Below, one piece after another: positions 32,526 through 36,031 of a DNA stretch of 36,031 nt. The position numbers were made by a program, and so were the translations under genes. Where the stretch lies: positions 1 through 36,031 of the IMG/VR virus record IMGVR_UViG_3300025119_000013. One strand, 5' to 3'. The notes beneath the pieces were generated by a model. The model saw nothing but the letters and a program-made list of their open reading frames with translations. It was not told the origin of the DNA and made no database searches. The first letter of the stretch is position 1. Each line of letters begins with the position of its first letter. This DNA comes from a virus. Lineage: Duplodnaviria; Caudoviricetes.

Positions 32526-33001
32526 CAGTCCTTCACGAACTCATCGATCGTCTTCTGCAGGATCCGCTCGACCGCGGAAAGGACCGCAGGGTCTTCGGCT
32601 ACGCCCTGCGCCGTCTTCCACCCGGTCTCTTCGTGGTACCGGGACTGCTTGGTCCTGTCATGAACCAAGCTAGCATATGTGGCACTGTTTACGATTGACG
32701 CGCGCAGGTCAGAAAGCATGGACACGAACCACTTGGTATCCAGCCTCTGAGAGCCCGGGGAGATGCCCCTTCGGTATGGAACGTCGATCAGGCCGGCCTT
32801 GAGCTTGGCGAAGAACCCCCGGCGCTGCTTGTCTGTCTTGAAGGGTTGCGGCCCGCGCCGTACCCGTGGGTAGGTCTGGATCTGCCCCTTCACATGCTCG
32901 GCGGCGGCCATCATCCCGTGCCGGTATGCCTGAAGGTTGACGAGCTTCTTCAGCTTCGGCCCCAGATGATCCACATCGCGGAGCTCAAGGTTGATGTTCA
33001 C
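32525..33001 (-). CDS. Virion morphogenesis protein (HK97 gp10/Mu gpG-like)
   Basis: YRRG...L...W...VNSATYASLVH...Q...H..TGWKT; GTGA-coupled start. Confidence 0.6.
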   Translation of the reverse strand: MNINLELRDVDHLGPKLKKLVNLQAYRHGMMAAAEHVKGQIQTYPRVRRGPQPFKTDKQRRGFFAKLKAGLIDVPYRRGISPGSQRLDTKWFVSMLSDLRASIVNSATYASLVHDRTKQSRYHEETGWKTAQGVAEDPAVLSAVERILQKTIDEFVKD

Positions 33002-33687
33002 AGCACACTCTCGTGGCGCTCGCGGCACCGGCAGCGCGGGTGCGCGGGCGGCCCGTCGTAGGTGTCGCCCATGTCCGGATGGACATAGCCCGATGGACCA
33101 CGCTCCTGTCCATCCAGCGGTTCACAGATCGGGCAGACGCGCTCATCATTGGCTGTCTCCCAGATGTCTCGGAAAAGGAGCCCTTGCTCTCGCAGCAGAT
33201 CGATCAGTGCGCGCTCCCCCTCGGTGGCCGCCCGGGTGACTTCGGTGGTGGCGATCATGTCGGCGCGGATTGGGCCGAAGGCGCCCTCGAGCCGAGCCCG
33301 TAGATCGGCCAGAGTCATGTTCTGGGAGAAGAAGTTGCTGACGGCCTCGCGGACGAGGTCTCTCTGTGTCCCCGTCAGTCCTTGGACAAGGTCGTAGCCG
33401 TACTGGTTGGCCCAGGTCACAGCGCGCTGGTTCAGCAGCACCCAATCAACACCGACGGGAGACTCTTCCAGCACCGCCTCGGCCGAGGCCAGGTAGACCT
33501 CCTGCAGCAGTGGCGTGAACGCACTGGACATGGCCACGCCCTGATCGTCCCAGAAGGACGCAGGCAGGGCGCCATAGTCCGGCGGATCTCCAAGAGCAGT
33601 CAGAATGGCGTCGAGGGATTGCTTCCCCAACTTCGAGGCCTCCTTAGCCAGTCTGCTCTCCCAGGACTCTCGGTCGAATTCGGGCAT
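32998..33687 (-). CDS. Head morphogenesis protein (SPP1 gp7/Mu gpF family)
   Basis: RADMIATTEVTRA, WETANDERVCPICEPLDG, GPPAHPRCRC. Confidence 0.92.
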   Translation of the reverse strand: MPEFDRESWESRLAKEASKLGKQSLDAILTALGDPPDYGALPASFWDDQGVAMSSAFTPLLQEVYLASAEAVLEESPVGVDWVLLNQRAVTWANQYGYDLVQGLTGTQRDLVREAVSNFFSQNMTLADLRARLEGAFGPIRADMIATTEVTRAATEGERALIDLLREQGLLFRDIWETANDERVCPICEPLDGQERGPSGYVHPDMGDTYDGPPAHPRCRCRERHESVL

Positions 33688-36031
33688 TACACCAACTCCA
33701 GCAGGTGCATCTCGGCGTACTCCTCGAGCTCATCCTCTTTGCGGATCTTCGGGCCCATGAGGACAAAGCCGCCACCGACTTCCCCCGTGACCAACGCAGT
33801 GGAGGAAAGGGTCACATCTGCAAGGGTCACCGCCAGATCTCCCTGCGCGATGGCACCGACAACGCCAGTTCCAGCCAGCGTTACAGCTCCCAGCGTCGCG
33901 GCACCAGCCCCGGCAACTGCCACCTGAGCCGTACCGGCTGCCGTCACACCTACGAGTGTGGCCGCTCCAGCCCCGGCGACAGAGACAAGCGCCGTTGAAG
34001 CGAGTGTCGCTGGTGCTAGAGTTGCAGCCCCATCAGCATCTACTGGAACTTGAGCAGTCGCGGCTAGGGTGGCGGCGGCCAGCGTCGCAGCACCATCACC
34101 ATCCACAGCGACTTTCGCGGTGCCCGAGGCAGTGACCGCGGCTAATGTCGCGGCACCGTCGCCCGTAACTGCACCGGCCGAGGCCACCGTCCCGCTCGCC
34201 GCCAATGTGACCGCGGCCAAAGTCGCCGCCCCATCTCCGTCTACCGCAACCTGAGCGGTAGCGGCTGCAGTCACGGCCCCTAAAGTAGCGGCACCATCAC
34301 CGTCAACTGGAACCTGTGCGGTACTGGCTAGAGTGACATTGGCGAGAGTGGCCGCCCCGTCTCCATCAACCGAGACTTGCGCGCTGGCGGCAAGAGTGGC
34401 ATCCGCTAAGGTCGCAGCTCCATCGCCCGTGATCGTCGGCGTCGTGACAGACGCCGTGGCCGCAAGCGTGACTGCAGCCAATGTGGCTGCACCGTCCGCA
34501 TCGATAGGAATTTGGGCCGTGGACGCAAGCGTAGCGTCGGCAAGAGTTGCCGCGCCATCTGCGTCTACGGGGATTTGTGCCGTGGAGGAGAGAGTGACCG
34601 CGGCTAGGGTAGCCGCGCCATCGCCGTCAATCGCTACAAGAGCTGTTCCTGCTGCCGTGACTGCAGCAAGGGTGGCTGCACCAGCACCGCTTGGGCCCGA
34701 GCTGTATTCGATGTGGAGCTTGGCGGCAAGAGCGGTGTTGTAGTCATAAGTTCTGATGGCGAGATCTCTTGACGAGCTTCCAGTATGTTGTTCATAGATC
34801 ATCACCATTGCGTTGCCGCTTGCCCATGAGCCTTGGTCAATCAACTCCTGGACAATCGCGGATAGATCGGCACCATTCGTTGGGTCTCCAGCGGTGGCAC
34901 CCCATTCGTAGGCAACATCAGTGCCAGACGCAAAAAGATCGGTCGAGTTCCACTGAACGGTAGCAGTCGTTCGATTACGACCGTCGATGTCGTTGGCACC
35001 CGTTGTGAAGGTTCCTGGATTAGGGGATAGTTCACCCCGAATTTGATGCTGGGGTTCGTCAGTGGTGGCATCCGTGATCGTGACTTCGACCGTCGCTAAG
35101 TCAATGGTCTCCGTCCCATCTAGTGCTATCGTTGTCCAGCGGAGCCCGACGTGCTCTGTTGTGGCGTCAACCAATTGGTTTTGGCTGGTCAAGAACATGC
35201 CGTCGCTTGTAGCCTGAAACGCGTCGTCGCTGTTTGCCCCCACCTGCTCATCAATCGTCGTATCAATCTCAATCGGATAGTCTGCGGCCTGGAGCCAGGC
35301 AATCGGGATGCGGTGTTCCACGAACAGATTGGGACCAGTCCTGCGCAGCCTGAATGTCCCTAGCAACTCATCCGGGTCCTGATCCTCAACCGGAGCACCA
35401 TTAGAGCGGGGAAGGTTGAACGTCCATAGGACTTCGCCCGTCGTGCTGTGACGGAACTCGATGTAGCCCTGGGTGTTGACCGGATTGTTGACCACCCGAT
35501 TCCACAAGACGCCGTTCACAAAGATGTCTATATTGTTTGAGACCTGGAAGATGAACTGCAAGCGGGCGACAGGATTTCCGCCAGCAACGATCTGCGCCGT
35601 GGGGGGCGGCCATCTGGAGGCCTGATCCACGACAAGGCGCTTATCCAGCCTAGCAGTCTGTGTCTGCCAGCGGATGTCGAAGCCTGTCCCAAATGCGCCC
35701 GACCAGAACAGGACATCCTCGCCCTGAACGACCGCGTTCGCCGACTGCGGGTTAGCAATAGCCTGAATCTGATCTAAGTCGTTCGTGTACTGGAGTTGCT
35801 GGGGCTGGAAGGCGACGCTCTCGCCGGTGCCCGGATGGACGTACTTGACGATCTGGCCGGAGGAGAAGTTGGCCAGAGCGAAGGCGTTGTAGCCAGCCTG
35901 CACCATCTCGAAGTTCCACGGTGCAGTGCCTGGTTGCCAGGCGCTGTTGATCTCCTGATCCTCGGCCGGCCCGTAGTGCATCGGGCCGATACCAAGGTCA
36001 AGCATGAACTTGCTGGGAATCGTGGGGTGCT
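33687..36031 (-). CDS. Large head-module structural protein with beta-rich globular domains and an Ala/Thr repeat stalk; 5' end probably beyond the window
   Basis: Frame stays open to the edge (HPTIPSKF precedes M36005); YPIEIDTT, a DNRLRE-like segment ending AKLHIEY, repeats, acidic-hydrophobic tail EDELEEYAEMHLLELV. Confidence 0.75.
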   Translation of the reverse strand, partial: HPTIPSKFMLDLGIGPMHYGPAEDQEINSAWQPGTAPWNFEMVQAGYNAFALANFSSGQIVKYVHPGTGESVAFQPQQLQYTNDLDQIQAIANPQSANAVVQGEDVLFWSGAFGTGFDIRWQTQTARLDKRLVVDQASRWPPPTAQIVAGGNPVARLQFIFQVSNNIDIFVNGVLWNRVVNNPVNTQGYIEFRHSTTGEVLWTFNLPRSNGAPVEDQDPDELLGTFRLRRTGPNLFVEHRIPIAWLQAADYPIEIDTTIDEQVGANSDDAFQATSDGMFLTSQNQLVDATTEHVGLRWTTIALDGTETIDLATVEVTITDATTDEPQHQIRGELSPNPGTFTTGANDIDGRNRTTATVQWNSTDLFASGTDVAYEWGATAGDPTNGADLSAIVQELIDQGSWASGNAMVMIYEQHTGSSSRDLAIRTYDYNTALAAKLHIEYSSGPSGAGAATLAAVTAAGTALVAIDGDGAATLAAVTLSSTAQIPVDADGAATLADATLASTAQIPIDADGAATLAAVTLAATASVTTPTITGDGAATLADATLAASAQVSVDGDGAATLANVTLASTAQVPVDGDGAATLGAVTAAATAQVAVDGDGAATLAAVTLAASGTVASAGAVTGDGAATLAAVTASGTAKVAVDGDGAATLAAATLAATAQVPVDADGAATLAPATLASTALVSVAGAGAATLVGVTAAGTAQVAVAGAGAATLGAVTLAGTGVVGAIAQGDLAVTLADVTLSSTALVTGEVGGGFVLMGPKIRKEDELEEYAEMHLLELV
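33780..34690 (-). repeat. 14 tandem ~21-aa repeats (G/A)DGAATLAxxTLxxTAQVxVD
   Basis: Counted from the translation; synonymous codons are heavily diversified between units. Confidence 0.9.

Noticed and set aside
1-36031. tRNA/tmRNA genes, introns or inteins in terminase, and stop-codon reassignment
   Set aside because: No cloverleaf or T-loop signature noticed in the short intergenic gaps; TerL is normal length; core genes read through intact under the standard code

Overview
The window is most of the genome of a high-GC tailed dsDNA phage (siphovirus-like, HK97-fold capsid), probably circularly permuted: the portal gene runs off the left edge and a large head-module gene runs in from the right edge. 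It has two leftward blocks and one rightward block. The block at 36031->18393 holds head, tail and lysis genes. The block at 13566->1 holds an HTH regulator, a DNA methyltransferase, a putative nuclease, a SleB-like hydrolase, a replication initiator with internal iterons, an RNA ligase, NinG, a ~5 kb glycosylation cluster, terminase and portal. The rightward block (13630->18140) carries a Sak4-like ATPase and small, partly broken accessory genes. The most notable features are: (1) a sugar activation/transfer/methylation cluster next to the packaging genes with no base-hydroxymethylating enzyme, suggesting virion or surface glycosylation, with a Thr/Ala-rich repeat head protein as a candidate acceptor; (2) 29-bp direct repeats at the boundaries of consecutive small genes; (3) a palindromic bidirectional promoter with a probably leaderless HTH gene; (4) a protease-capsid fusion with an internal RBS; (5) a duplicated EF-Ts/UBA-like domain; (6) a 50-bp palindrome with an 11-6-11 core at the convergence of transcription. 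No integrase, tRNA, CRISPR array or reverse transcriptase was seen. All calls come from reading motifs and synteny by eye; no database searches were run. A Chloroflexota-like host is only an impression.
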